Assembly (NCBI RefSeq): GCF_000011805.1
Contig: NC_006841.2
Reading direction: 5' to 3' (one strand)
Origin: Aliivibrio fischeri ES114
Lineage (GTDB): Bacteria; Pseudomonadota; Gammaproteobacteria; Enterobacterales; Vibrionaceae
Length of the DNA: 32,000 nucleotides
Of this stretch, positions 9,486 through 18,310 are shown piece after piece (the stretch's first letter is position 1; every line of letters begins with the position of its first letter). Position numbers and translations under genes: made by a program. The notes beneath the pieces were generated by a model that saw nothing but the letters and a program-made list of their open reading frames with translations, was not told the DNA's origin and did no database searches.

Positions 9486-9606
9486 TTTTGGTCTTGTCAA
9501 AGCGATTGGCAACCTTTGCCCACTTACAGATACCGGAAGCCAAAGCTTCGGGATGACGATATCTGAACAAGATTAAGTATTAAATCTTGTGACTACTCCC
9601 CAATGA
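9486..9606 (-). promoter_or_regulatory. yybP-ykoY-type (manganese) riboswitch-like leader of the TerC-family gene
   Basis: Minus strand CATTGGGGAGTAGTCACAAGATT...AATCTTGTTCAGATATCGTCATCCCGAAGCTTTGGCTTCCGGTATCTG...CTTTGACAAGACCAAAA. It has the hallmark GGGGAGUAG 5' element, an internal CCGG, 3' CAAGACC and a closing TTGG/CCAA helix, as in yybP-ykoY aptamers. Confidence 0.85.
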
Positions 9607-9786
9607 TCTGGATAGTAATCCCGATCCTTAAATAATTCAAACAAAAAATAGTCGTAGGAAATTTATTTATCGAGAAAATTGATAATAAGCTGAAAGTTAG
9701 GAGGAAATCACAAACTTTTTTTTATGTTTTTAACATTTATGTCGATAATAAAAAAGGTAACTAAATTTAATAAAATATGGTGTCGG

Positions 9787-10956
9787 ATGAATTGGATTCA
9801 AATAGCAGTCGTAGGATTGTTAATTTTACTCGCAATTGTATGTATTAATTTTTTCTTTGCGAATCAAAAACAGAAGAAGATAGAAAAAAGAAAAGAGCTT
9901 GAAGAGAGCTCGTATCGTCGTGCGCTTGCAGAAGCTCGAGCAGCAGAAAGACAAGAGCGGGTATATAAAGCGCAAACCGGTCATATTTCAACTCAACTCT
10001 TTTTAGCTAAAGAAGCAGAAATGAGTAATTTTGAAGAAGCGCTACATTGGTATGAAATGGCAGCCAATTTAAACAACAGTATTGCTATTCGTTCTGTTAT
10101 TCGTTTATGTGATAGTCGTCGTGATAACCCTGAACTAAGAGAGAAATCGACATTTTGGGGGAAAGTGGTAGCGGCTGAAGAAGGTGGGCCTGAGGATAAA
10201 TTAGCGCTTGGTATTGCGTTTTTACAAGGTAAAGGCGTTGAGGCCAATATTGAAAAAGGCATTGCGTTAATAACAGAAGCCGCAGAAGCGAATCATATTC
10301 CAGCGCAATTGTTTATTGCCGATTGGTATGTTGCAGAAGCGAACCCACAACCGAATGCAAAATTAGCAGCTGAATGGAATTTACGAGCAGCGATGCTTGA
10401 TAATGTTGAAGCGCAGATCCGTATCGGTAAGCAATATGCTGAAGGGAGAGGTGTTGCTGTGGATCCGAAGAAAGCAACATATTGGTTAGAAGTTGCAGCT
10501 GAATCTGGTGATGCTAAAGCACAATACTTCGCTGGTGAAATGGGGGCTGATACTAATGAAAAAGGTAATTCAATAGCTTATATCTGGTTATGGTTAGCTG
10601 CTAAAAATGGCATTGAAGCCGCAGTTTCTCGACGAGATCATGTCGGGCATTTAGTCGGCGTTGATGCGGTAATTGGATTGCAAAGTATGGCAAAACCACT
10701 TTATGAAAAGATGAGTAAAGGTAAGCTTAAAAAGCACGCAATCATTAAATCTTTGGATAAGCTGTATCAACGAGAAAGTTATTTTCCTGATGAGAATGAA
10801 TTTATGGTTGGAGAAGAGTCAAATACTTCAGCGACTGAAAATGAGATTACAGCAGACAATGCAGAAAATGTAGTTTCAGTAACAGAAACAAAAGAAGAAA
10901 TAAAAGAGCCAATGAATTTTAGCCAAACTAAAATGGATAGCGGGGCTAAGTTTTAA
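9787..10956 (+). CDS. Membrane-anchored Sel1-like repeat (SLR/TPR-like) protein
   Basis: N-terminal TM followed by repeats such as AIRIGKQYAEGRGVAVDPKKATYWLEVAAESGDAKAQ. ATG at 9787 preferred over 9724. Confidence 0.85.
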   Translation: MNWIQIAVVGLLILLAIVCINFFFANQKQKKIEKRKELEESSYRRALAEARAAERQERVYKAQTGHISTQLFLAKEAEMSNFEEALHWYEMAANLNNSIAIRSVIRLCDSRRDNPELREKSTFWGKVVAAEEGGPEDKLALGIAFLQGKGVEANIEKGIALITEAAEANHIPAQLFIADWYVAEANPQPNAKLAAEWNLRAAMLDNVEAQIRIGKQYAEGRGVAVDPKKATYWLEVAAESGDAKAQYFAGEMGADTNEKGNSIAYIWLWLAAKNGIEAAVSRRDHVGHLVGVDAVIGLQSMAKPLYEKMSKGKLKKHAIIKSLDKLYQRESYFPDENEFMVGEESNTSATENEITADNAENVVSVTETKEEIKEPMNFSQTKMDSGAKF

Positions 10957-10968
10957 TTCTCCATGTGT

Positions 10969-10997
10969 AAAAGGAGCGCCAAGTGCGCTCCTTTTTT
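10969..10997. terminator. Rho-independent terminator
   Basis: AAAAGGAGCGC-CAAGT-GCGCTCCTTTTTT between convergent genes. Confidence 0.85.
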
Positions 10998-11016
10998 ATA
11001 TGTTTAATAAAGAGAG

Positions 11017-11910
11017 TTAATCATTCATTTCAAATAAAATAGGGCAATGATCACTCAGTTGATATTTTTTGACGTCGCTTTCTATAAATTGTTGCTGAGT
11101 GACTTGGAAAGAACGATTCGAGATATTTGTAATGCCGTGATCGATCAAACGAGTGAATGTCGTGTACTTAGGCCAGTCTCGTTTCCATTGTTTAACTGTG
11201 CAGCGTGCTTTTGTATCTTCAGTTAGTAATAATGGTGTATCAGAAGTATTGTTCTTTATATTCTTCCATAACCAACTTCTCGGATGCGCAAGAGTATGAT
11301 TGAAATCACCTAAAATTAGATACTCTTCATTATTGGCTTCACGAGAGTTAATCCACTCTATTACCTCATCGGTTTGTTGTTTTAACGTCGAACATGAATA
11401 GTTTTTCTTCTTTTGTCCTAAACATCCGGATTTTAGATGCACAGATAAAAGGTGCACAGGGCGTGATGGTTTGCCTATATCAGCCACAATATAGGTAGCG
11501 TAGCGCAACTTGCTGGTTTTTTTCTTTGGTAATAATGAAAAATCATTAGGATCTATAACAGGAATTGACTGATGAACGGCGAAACCTGTGTACTGATTTA
11601 TGTCAGTAAATTGAAGTTTCGAGTTCAAAGAGCGATCAGAGATAAAGATTTTATAATCATTTCCCACTATTTTTTGGATTGCTTCTTTTGAATCGACTTC
11701 TTGAAAAGCTAAAATTTTGCTATTTGATTGCGAAAAATAAAAATTTAGTTGTTCAAAATCTTGTTGACTTCGATCTGATGAGCGAAATTTTTCAGAAGGC
11801 GAAAGCGTTAACCATTCCATATTCCATGTCGATAATGTGATCGCATAGCTTGAAAATGTACTAAAAGTAAGCATTAAAAAAATCAGTGTTCGAGTAATTC
11901 GTTGATTCAT
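11017..11910 (-). CDS. Exported endonuclease/exonuclease/phosphatase-family protein
   Basis: STWNMEWL, LAFQEVDS, LSVHLKSGC, ILGDFNH, LSDHCPIL motifs. Signal peptide if started at the internal ATG (MNQRITRTLIFLMLTFSTFSSYA). Confidence 0.88.
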   Translation of the reverse strand: MNQRITRTLIFLMLTFSTFSSYAITLSTWNMEWLTLSPSEKFRSSDRSQQDFEQLNFYFSQSNSKILAFQEVDSKEAIQKIVGNDYKIFISDRSLNSKLQFTDINQYTGFAVHQSIPVIDPNDFSLLPKKKTSKLRYATYIVADIGKPSRPVHLLSVHLKSGCLGQKKKNYSCSTLKQQTDEVIEWINSREANNEEYLILGDFNHTLAHPRSWLWKNIKNNTSDTPLLLTEDTKARCTVKQWKRDWPKYTTFTRLIDHGITNISNRSFQVTQQQFIESDVKKYQLSDHCPILFEMND

Positions 11911-12050
11911 AAGTCCTCCAGAAATCGCAAGCAGTTTAATTAAAAATTTACCACTTAGCACACAAAAAAATGTTTCATTTTCATACATTGCAACGAAAGT
12001 GAGAACAATCTTAAAGCAGTGGTGAAAGTAGAATCACCCATAAAATTAGA

Positions 12051-12064
12051 TTGATCTAGATCAA
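12051..12064. promoter_or_regulatory. FNR-type binding site upstream of nrdD
   Basis: Perfect TTGAT-CTAG-ATCAA palindrome, matching the TTGAT-N4-ATCAA consensus. Confidence 0.85.
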
Positions 12065-12150
12065 AGTATTTTGTTCTCAGATCGAGCCTAATACCCCACA
12101 TCTTGTGTTGCCTAGTTCAACACCCCCACTATTTAGTATTTGGAGTCACT

Positions 12151-14271
12151 GTGAATATAACTGTAATCAAGCGAGATGGAAGTCGCGCAGCATATAAAAG
12201 TTCTCGTATAATTGACGCTGTAAAAGGTGCTTCAGAGCAGGTGACTCCTGAGATAGAGAGTTACGCTAAATTAGTTGCTCATGCTGTTGAGATTGCATTA
12301 CAGGGACAACAAGAAGTGGGCATTCGCCAGATCCAAGAGCTGGTTGAAAACGAATTAATGCAAGGACCACATAAAGTACTTGCTCGTGCTTATATTGAAT
12401 ATCGTCATGATAGAGATATTGCTCGTGAAAAAATCAGCGTACTAAATAAGGAAATTAGTGGTCTGATTGAACAAAGCAATGCTGAGCTACTGAATGAAAA
12501 CGCGAATAAAGACGGTAAAGTGATTCCAACTCAACGTGATTTATTAGCGGGTATTGTGGCTAAGCACTACGCAACTCGTCATATTTTACCTCGTGATATT
12601 GTACAAGCACACGAGCGTGGTGAGATTCATTACCACGATTTAGATTATGCACCATTTTTCCCAATGTTTAACTGTATGCTGATTGATTTAAAAGGCATGT
12701 TAACGGGTGGCTTTAAAATGGGTAATGCAGAAATTGATACACCAAAATCAATTGCAACTGCAACTGCGGTAACAGCACAAATTATTGCACAAGTAGCAAG
12801 TCATATTTATGGCGGAACTACGATTAACCGTATTGATGAAATTTTAGCGCCTTACGTAACTGTGAGTTACGAAAAAGCGTTAAAACTTGCTGAAAAGTGG
12901 GGCATTCCTGATGCTGAAGCTTTTGCTCAAGCTCAAACAGAAAAAGAGTGTTATGACGCATTCCAATCGCTTGAATACGAAGTAAACACATTACATACAG
13001 CAAATGGACAAACACCATTTGTAACATTTGGTTTTGGTTTAGGTACGAGCTGGGAATCTAAACTGATCCAGCGCTCTATTTTAGAAAACCGTATTGCTGG
13101 CTTAGGTAAAAACCGTAAAACAGCGGTATTCCCTAAATTAGTATTTGCGATTCGTGATGGACTAAACCATAAAAAAGCAGATCCAAACTACGATATTAAA
13201 CAATTAGCATTAGAATGTGCGTCAAAACGCATGTACCCAGATATCCTTAACTATGACAAAGTAGTTGAAGTGACGGGTTCATTTAAAACGCCAATGGGCT
13301 GTCGTAGCTTCCTAGATTTATATGAAGAGAACGGTGAGCAAATTCACGATGGTCGTAATAACCTAGGTGTTGTTAGCTTAAACCTACCTCGTGTTGCGAT
13401 TGAAGCAAAAGGTGATGTAGATACATTCTATAAACTGCTTGATGAGCGTTTAGTGCTATGTCGTCGTGCGCTAGAATCACGTATTTCTCGTTTAGAAGGT
13501 GTTAAAGCTCGTGTTGCTCCAATTCTTTATATGGAAGGGGCGTGTGGTGTTCGTCTAAAACCAGATGATGACATCATTAATATCTTTAAAAATGGTCGAG
13601 CATCTGTATCGCTTGGTTACATTGGCGTGCATGAAACAATTGAAGCACTATTTGGTAGTGATGATCATCTATATGACAATGCAGAGCTTCAAGTTAAAGC
13701 ATTAGAGATTATTCAGTACCTAAAAGATGCAGTTCAAGTATGGACAAAAGAAACTGGCTTTGGCTTTAGCTTGTATGGTACTCCAAGTGAAAACTTATGT
13801 TCTCGTTTCTGTAAGCTTGATAACACACAATTTGGTGTGATTGATAAAGTGACAGATAAAGGCTACTACACAAACAGTTTCCACTTAGATGTACAGAAGA
13901 AAGTGAATCCTTACGATAAGATTGACTTTGAAATGCCATACCCAGAAATCTCAAGTGGTGGCTTCATTTGTTATGGTGAATTCCCTAACATGCAACGTAA
14001 CATTGAAGCATTAGAAAACGTATGGGATTACAGCTATACGCGTGTTCCTTATTACGGCACAAATACACCGATCGATGAGTGCTACGAATGTGGTTATAAC
14101 GGTGAATTTGAATGTACAAGTAAAGGCTTCACTTGTCCTAAATGTGGCAATCATGATTCAACGAAAGTATCAGTAACACGTCGTGTGTGTGGTTATTTAG
14201 GTAGCCCTGATGCACGTCCATTTAACTTCGGTAAACAAGAAGAAGTTCAACGTCGAGTGAAACATTTATAA
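12151..14271 (+). CDS. nrdD: Anaerobic ribonucleoside-triphosphate reductase
   Basis: ATP-cone N-terminus (ITVIKRDGSRAAYKSSRIIDAV); CPKCG zinc site; C-terminal glycyl radical motif RRVCGYLG. GTG start at 12151 preferred over 12103. Confidence 0.97.
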   Translation: MNITVIKRDGSRAAYKSSRIIDAVKGASEQVTPEIESYAKLVAHAVEIALQGQQEVGIRQIQELVENELMQGPHKVLARAYIEYRHDRDIAREKISVLNKEISGLIEQSNAELLNENANKDGKVIPTQRDLLAGIVAKHYATRHILPRDIVQAHERGEIHYHDLDYAPFFPMFNCMLIDLKGMLTGGFKMGNAEIDTPKSIATATAVTAQIIAQVASHIYGGTTINRIDEILAPYVTVSYEKALKLAEKWGIPDAEAFAQAQTEKECYDAFQSLEYEVNTLHTANGQTPFVTFGFGLGTSWESKLIQRSILENRIAGLGKNRKTAVFPKLVFAIRDGLNHKKADPNYDIKQLALECASKRMYPDILNYDKVVEVTGSFKTPMGCRSFLDLYEENGEQIHDGRNNLGVVSLNLPRVAIEAKGDVDTFYKLLDERLVLCRRALESRISRLEGVKARVAPILYMEGACGVRLKPDDDIINIFKNGRASVSLGYIGVHETIEALFGSDDHLYDNAELQVKALEIIQYLKDAVQVWTKETGFGFSLYGTPSENLCSRFCKLDNTQFGVIDKVTDKGYYTNSFHLDVQKKVNPYDKIDFEMPYPEISSGGFICYGEFPNMQRNIEALENVWDYSYTRVPYYGTNTPIDECYECGYNGEFECTSKGFTCPKCGNHDSTKVSVTRRVCGYLGSPDARPFNFGKQEEVQRRVKHL

Positions 14272-14741
14272 TGAACTATCACGTATATCATTCAATTGAT
14301 GTGGTTAATGGACCGGGTACGCGTTGTACCCTGTTCGTTTCAGGTTGTGAGCATAACTGTAAAGGTTGCTATAACAAATCCACACTTAATCCAAATTCAG
14401 GACATCTTTTTACTAAAGAGCTAGAAGATAAGATTATTGCTGATTTGAATGATACACGTATTCCACGTAGAGGATTGTCATTGTCTGGTGGTGATCCTCT
14501 TCATCCAATGAACTGTGAATCTGTTCTTAAGTTAGTAAAACGTGTTAAATCTGAATGTGAAAATAAAGATATTTGGATGTGGACGGGCTACACCCTAAGT
14601 GAGCTAAATCCAACACAAAAAGAGATCGTAGATTTAATTGACACCTTGATTGACGGTCGTTTTGAACAAGACAAAGCGGATCCATCATTGGATTGGCGTG
14701 GTAGTAGCAATCAGATTATTCATACATTCAATGTATTGTAA
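14271..14741 (+). CDS. nrdG: Anaerobic ribonucleotide reductase activating protein (radical SAM)
   Basis: CEHNCKGCYNKST radical-SAM motif, 1-nt overlap with nrdD. Confidence 0.96.
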   Translation: MNYHVYHSIDVVNGPGTRCTLFVSGCEHNCKGCYNKSTLNPNSGHLFTKELEDKIIADLNDTRIPRRGLSLSGGDPLHPMNCESVLKLVKRVKSECENKDIWMWTGYTLSELNPTQKEIVDLIDTLIDGRFEQDKADPSLDWRGSSNQIIHTFNVL

Positions 14742-14831
14742 GAAAATTGTAAAAATCTAAACAATAAAACGTGATATTTTCCTATCTGAATGGTAACTTA
14801 AATACATTACAGATCATAAGGATATGAAAAT

Positions 14832-16019
14832 ATGCTGCAAAACATAGCAACTCCTGCTAAAGATCCCATTCTTTCTCTTTCTATCGAATACCGAGCTGAT
14901 GATCGTGATAATAAAGTCGATCTCGGCATCGGTGTTTATCGTAACGATCAAGGTTTAACACCAATCATGAAAGCCGTAAGCGATTCGGTTAAATCTATTG
15001 CAGCAGAGCAAACCACAAAAGCTTATGTTGGTCTTGCTGGTTGTGAAGTTTTTAATCAAAGCATGGTTGATTTATTGTTACGTGATACCTCAGCTTATGA
15101 GCGTGTATCTGCGATTCAAACTCCTGGAGCGAGTGGTGCTTTACGCATGCTTGCTGATTTAATTAAATCAACAGAGCCAGGTGCAACTGTTTGGATAAGT
15201 AACCCAAGTTATGTTAACCATCAGCCTGTAATGGAAGCTGCTGGCCTTAACGTTCGTCATTACACATATTTCAATCCTCTGACAAAACAAGTGGATAGCG
15301 AAGCTATGCTTGCTGACTTAGCAAACGCTGGTCCTAAAGACATTATTTTACTGCACGGTTGTTGCCATAATCCGACTGGCGCAGATATTCGTCTTTCTGA
15401 TTGGATAGCTATAACAGAGTTAGCATTAAAAAATGGCTTTATTCCTTTTGTCGATATTGCATACCAAGGATTTGGTGATGGACTAGAAGCTGATGCTGCT
15501 GGTTTACGGTTTATGGCAGACCGTGTACCTCAAATGTTTATAGCAACATCATGCTCGAAAAATTTTGGTTTGTATCGTGAACGAACAGGTGCGGCGATGG
15601 TGATCGCTGGCAATATTGAGATAGCAATGAATGCTAAAGCGAAACTGCTGCAAATGGCTCGTGCGACTTATACTATGCCGCCAGATCATGGTGCTGCGAT
15701 TGTTGGTCGAATTTTAAATGATGAGCAATTAACGTTATCGTGGCGCACTGAATTGGATGAGATGCAAAAACGCTTAGTTGGTTTACGAACTAACTTATGT
15801 GAAGCACTACGTAATGAAACGCAATCAGAGACATTTGATTTTATTGAACAGCATAAAGGTATGTTCTCAGTAATTGGTTTTACGCCAGAGCAGATGGCAT
15901 CTTTAAAATCAGAACATGGTATTTACGCTGTGGGTGATGGTCGAATCAATATTGCAGGAATGCAAGAAAAGCACATTGAGTATATTGCTAAATCTGTTGC
16001 CTCTGTTGCAAATAAGTAA
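14832..16019 (+). CDS. Class I aromatic/aspartate-type amino acid aminotransferase
   Basis: VDLGIGVYRNDQG, HGCCHNPTG, SCSKNFGLYRERTG (PLP lysine) motifs. Confidence 0.93.
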   Translation: MLQNIATPAKDPILSLSIEYRADDRDNKVDLGIGVYRNDQGLTPIMKAVSDSVKSIAAEQTTKAYVGLAGCEVFNQSMVDLLLRDTSAYERVSAIQTPGASGALRMLADLIKSTEPGATVWISNPSYVNHQPVMEAAGLNVRHYTYFNPLTKQVDSEAMLADLANAGPKDIILLHGCCHNPTGADIRLSDWIAITELALKNGFIPFVDIAYQGFGDGLEADAAGLRFMADRVPQMFIATSCSKNFGLYRERTGAAMVIAGNIEIAMNAKAKLLQMARATYTMPPDHGAAIVGRILNDEQLTLSWRTELDEMQKRLVGLRTNLCEALRNETQSETFDFIEQHKGMFSVIGFTPEQMASLKSEHGIYAVGDGRINIAGMQEKHIEYIAKSVASVANK

Positions 16020-16083
16020 CAGACAAAATAAAGATCTTAACTATACTAATGAAATATAACAGATAAACCGTAAAGGAAAACGA

Positions 16084-16725
16084 ATGAAGATAGCAAAAAA
16101 ATGGTCAACGTTACTTTTACCAATACTGCTTGCTGGTTGTATGTCAACAGCGACAACAACGCCAGAAACTGATGGCGCAACGAATCCATCAGTAGAAGAA
16201 CCATCCACTAAGCCTGATGTAAAACCAGAGCAAAAACCACAAGTAGATCCAAAACCACCTGTAAAACCTGAAGCAAATGAATTAAAAACAGCGGATGGAA
16301 AACTGTTATTGGGTGAAGAAGAGTGGATTTACATTAAAGCCATCAATCATAGCGCTAAAGCTCGTATTGATACGGGAGCGACGACATCTTCTATTTCTGC
16401 TGTAGATATTGAAATGTTTGAGCGTGATGGTAAAAAGTGGGTTAAGTTTAAGTTGGCTCATAATGATAAAGAAACCAAAGAGTTTGAGTCACCTATATCA
16501 CGTATTGTTACGATTCGACAATCAAGTACAGAAAAACGTACCGATCGTCCTGTGATTGAAGCTTGGGTTCAAATTGGTGATTTGAAAACTAAAACTGAAT
16601 TCACTCTGAATGATCGCACACACATGACATTCCCTGTGTTACTTGGCCGTACTTTCTTCCGAGATGTTGCCGTTGTTGATGTAAGTAAGAAGTATATTCA
16701 ACCAAAAGTAAAAGCTGAAAAATAA
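16084..16725 (+). CDS. Retropepsin-like ('ATP-dependent zinc protease' family) lipoprotein
   Basis: Lipobox LLAGC, KARIDTGATTSSISA, FPVLLGRTFFRD; Pro/Lys-rich linker. Confidence 0.85.
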   Translation: MKIAKKWSTLLLPILLAGCMSTATTTPETDGATNPSVEEPSTKPDVKPEQKPQVDPKPPVKPEANELKTADGKLLLGEEEWIYIKAINHSAKARIDTGATTSSISAVDIEMFERDGKKWVKFKLAHNDKETKEFESPISRIVTIRQSSTEKRTDRPVIEAWVQIGDLKTKTEFTLNDRTHMTFPVLLGRTFFRDVAVVDVSKKYIQPKVKAEK

Positions 16726-16752
16726 CGCATTTTTTATTGTAGGTTTATGAAT

Positions 16753-16785
16753 AAAAACGCCCAATATAGATTGGGCGTTTTTTTG
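16753..16785. terminator. Bidirectional Rho-independent terminator
   Basis: AAAACGCCCAAT-ATAG-ATTGGGCGTTTTTTT between convergent genes. Confidence 0.92.
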
Positions 16786-16801
16786 TTTAGTCACAGTGAA
16801 A

Positions 16802-18220
16802 TTAAAATAACTTATAATTTGAGGCGTTTCTCTGTTCTCTGTGTGTTTGCAGTTGAGCTATTTGTTTATAAATAACGTAATAGCGACTGATATTTGCAAC
16901 ATAGTGAACAGGCTCTTTACTTACGTACTTCCTTGCCATTATCTCGACGTTATTAAACCAAATATTAGGGTTATAACCGTGTTTTACTGCCATTCTACGC
17001 ATTTTTCGAACGTTAGCAGGGCCAGCATTATAAGCGGCTAAAGAAAAGTACATTTGGTTCTCTTCTGTTATCTCTGGTTTTAAAAAGTAACGTTTATGTA
17101 CAAAATTCATATATTTAACACCAGCATGGATGTTATTTTCTAGTTCTCTGAAGTTTTTGATATTGATATAAGGTTCTCTTGCCGTCTTCGGTAAAACTTG
17201 CATGATTCCAACAGCACCCATATGTGAGACAAGACGGTTATTGAATTTGGACTCTTGATAAGCTTGAGCTGAAATCATTAACCAATCAAATTCATATTTA
17301 TCCGCATATTGCTCAAAGAGCGTCGCTAAACTTTTAAATTGTTTTACTGTTTCAGGGTCTACTGCTTTTTTTAGCCACTTGGTGTTAGCAAGGTATTTTT
17401 TATAAATAACATTACCTAAAAAAGATCCTTGTCGAATAGTTCTAATGTATTTGTTTACTGCTGTTTTTAATTCTGGGCTGTTTTTTCTCATTGCCCAACC
17501 AATATTGGCGTTTTCTCTAATCGGAAGAGTTTCATATATGGTGATATTCTTCATGACTTGAGTCCAAAGACGAGATTTATGACTATCGATAACCGTAATT
17601 GGTAAAATATCTTGGTTGAGCATTTCCATTAATTCATAGTCTTGTAAGTTTTCTTCTAAGAATTGAACATTGATAGGGGAGATCCCTTGGGAAGATAACT
17701 GCTTATTAATTCGCTGTAAGCTCTCAAAATAGCTTGAGCTTGGTCTAACCCATACTTCTTTACCTGATAAATCTTCTAGAGATTCTAAAGGAGGTGTAGA
17801 TGGAGAGCTAACGAGCCACTCTTGGCTGTTACTGATCACAGGATCACTAAAATCGACATATTGTAGTCGCTGCGGGGTAATCGTTAGGTTGGCAACGGCA
17901 AGATCACCAAAGCCTCGTTCTAAAGCGGTAAATAAATCATCCCGAGGGATAGGGATGACTTGAACATTAACGTGAATTTTATTTTTGCGTAAATGTAATT
18001 CGAAATGATGAAGAAATTCGGCAATGATCCCCTTCGGTTGCCCTTTTTCTATGTAATAAAAGCCAAGATCAGCAGATACTAATACTCGTATCGTTCCTTT
18101 TTTCTCTAGTTCCTTCAAATCGCCAACATAAGGTGTTTGAGTTAACGGGGAAAGCTCTATTGCAAAAGCGAGCTGAGGAAGTAGTAATAATACCCAGAAA
18201 ACGCGACGTAAACGATCCAT
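16802..18220 (-). CDS. MltF-like protein: SBP_bac_3 domain fused to SLT lytic transglycosylase
   Basis: Signal peptide; IRVLVSADLGFYY...GIIAEFL (SBP_bac_3); ESKFNNRLVSHMGAVGIMQVLPKTA and YFSLAAYNAGPANVRKMRR (SLT). Confidence 0.9.
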   Translation of the reverse strand: MDRLRRVFWVLLLLPQLAFAIELSPLTQTPYVGDLKELEKKGTIRVLVSADLGFYYIEKGQPKGIIAEFLHHFELHLRKNKIHVNVQVIPIPRDDLFTALERGFGDLAVANLTITPQRLQYVDFSDPVISNSQEWLVSSPSTPPLESLEDLSGKEVWVRPSSSYFESLQRINKQLSSQGISPINVQFLEENLQDYELMEMLNQDILPITVIDSHKSRLWTQVMKNITIYETLPIRENANIGWAMRKNSPELKTAVNKYIRTIRQGSFLGNVIYKKYLANTKWLKKAVDPETVKQFKSLATLFEQYADKYEFDWLMISAQAYQESKFNNRLVSHMGAVGIMQVLPKTAREPYINIKNFRELENNIHAGVKYMNFVHKRYFLKPEITEENQMYFSLAAYNAGPANVRKMRRMAVKHGYNPNIWFNNVEIMARKYVSKEPVHYVANISRYYVIYKQIAQLQTHREQRNASNYKLF

Positions 18221-18310
18221 GTTATGAGTCCTTGTTTAACAGTGTATTAACAATTTATGTTGAAATTAGATGAAATTCAAGTCCTCTTCATTCTATGCTC
18301 TCGATTTACA

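Noticed and set aside
9340-9570. 76-aa minus-strand ORF overlapping the TerC start and leader
   Set aside because: It lies across the riboswitch-like structured RNA, in a different frame from the TerC gene, and has no recognisable protein features.
12100-12150. NrdR box upstream of nrdD
   Set aside because: Only a loose partial match (CACATCTTGTGT); the tandem spaced pair expected for NrdR is not evident.
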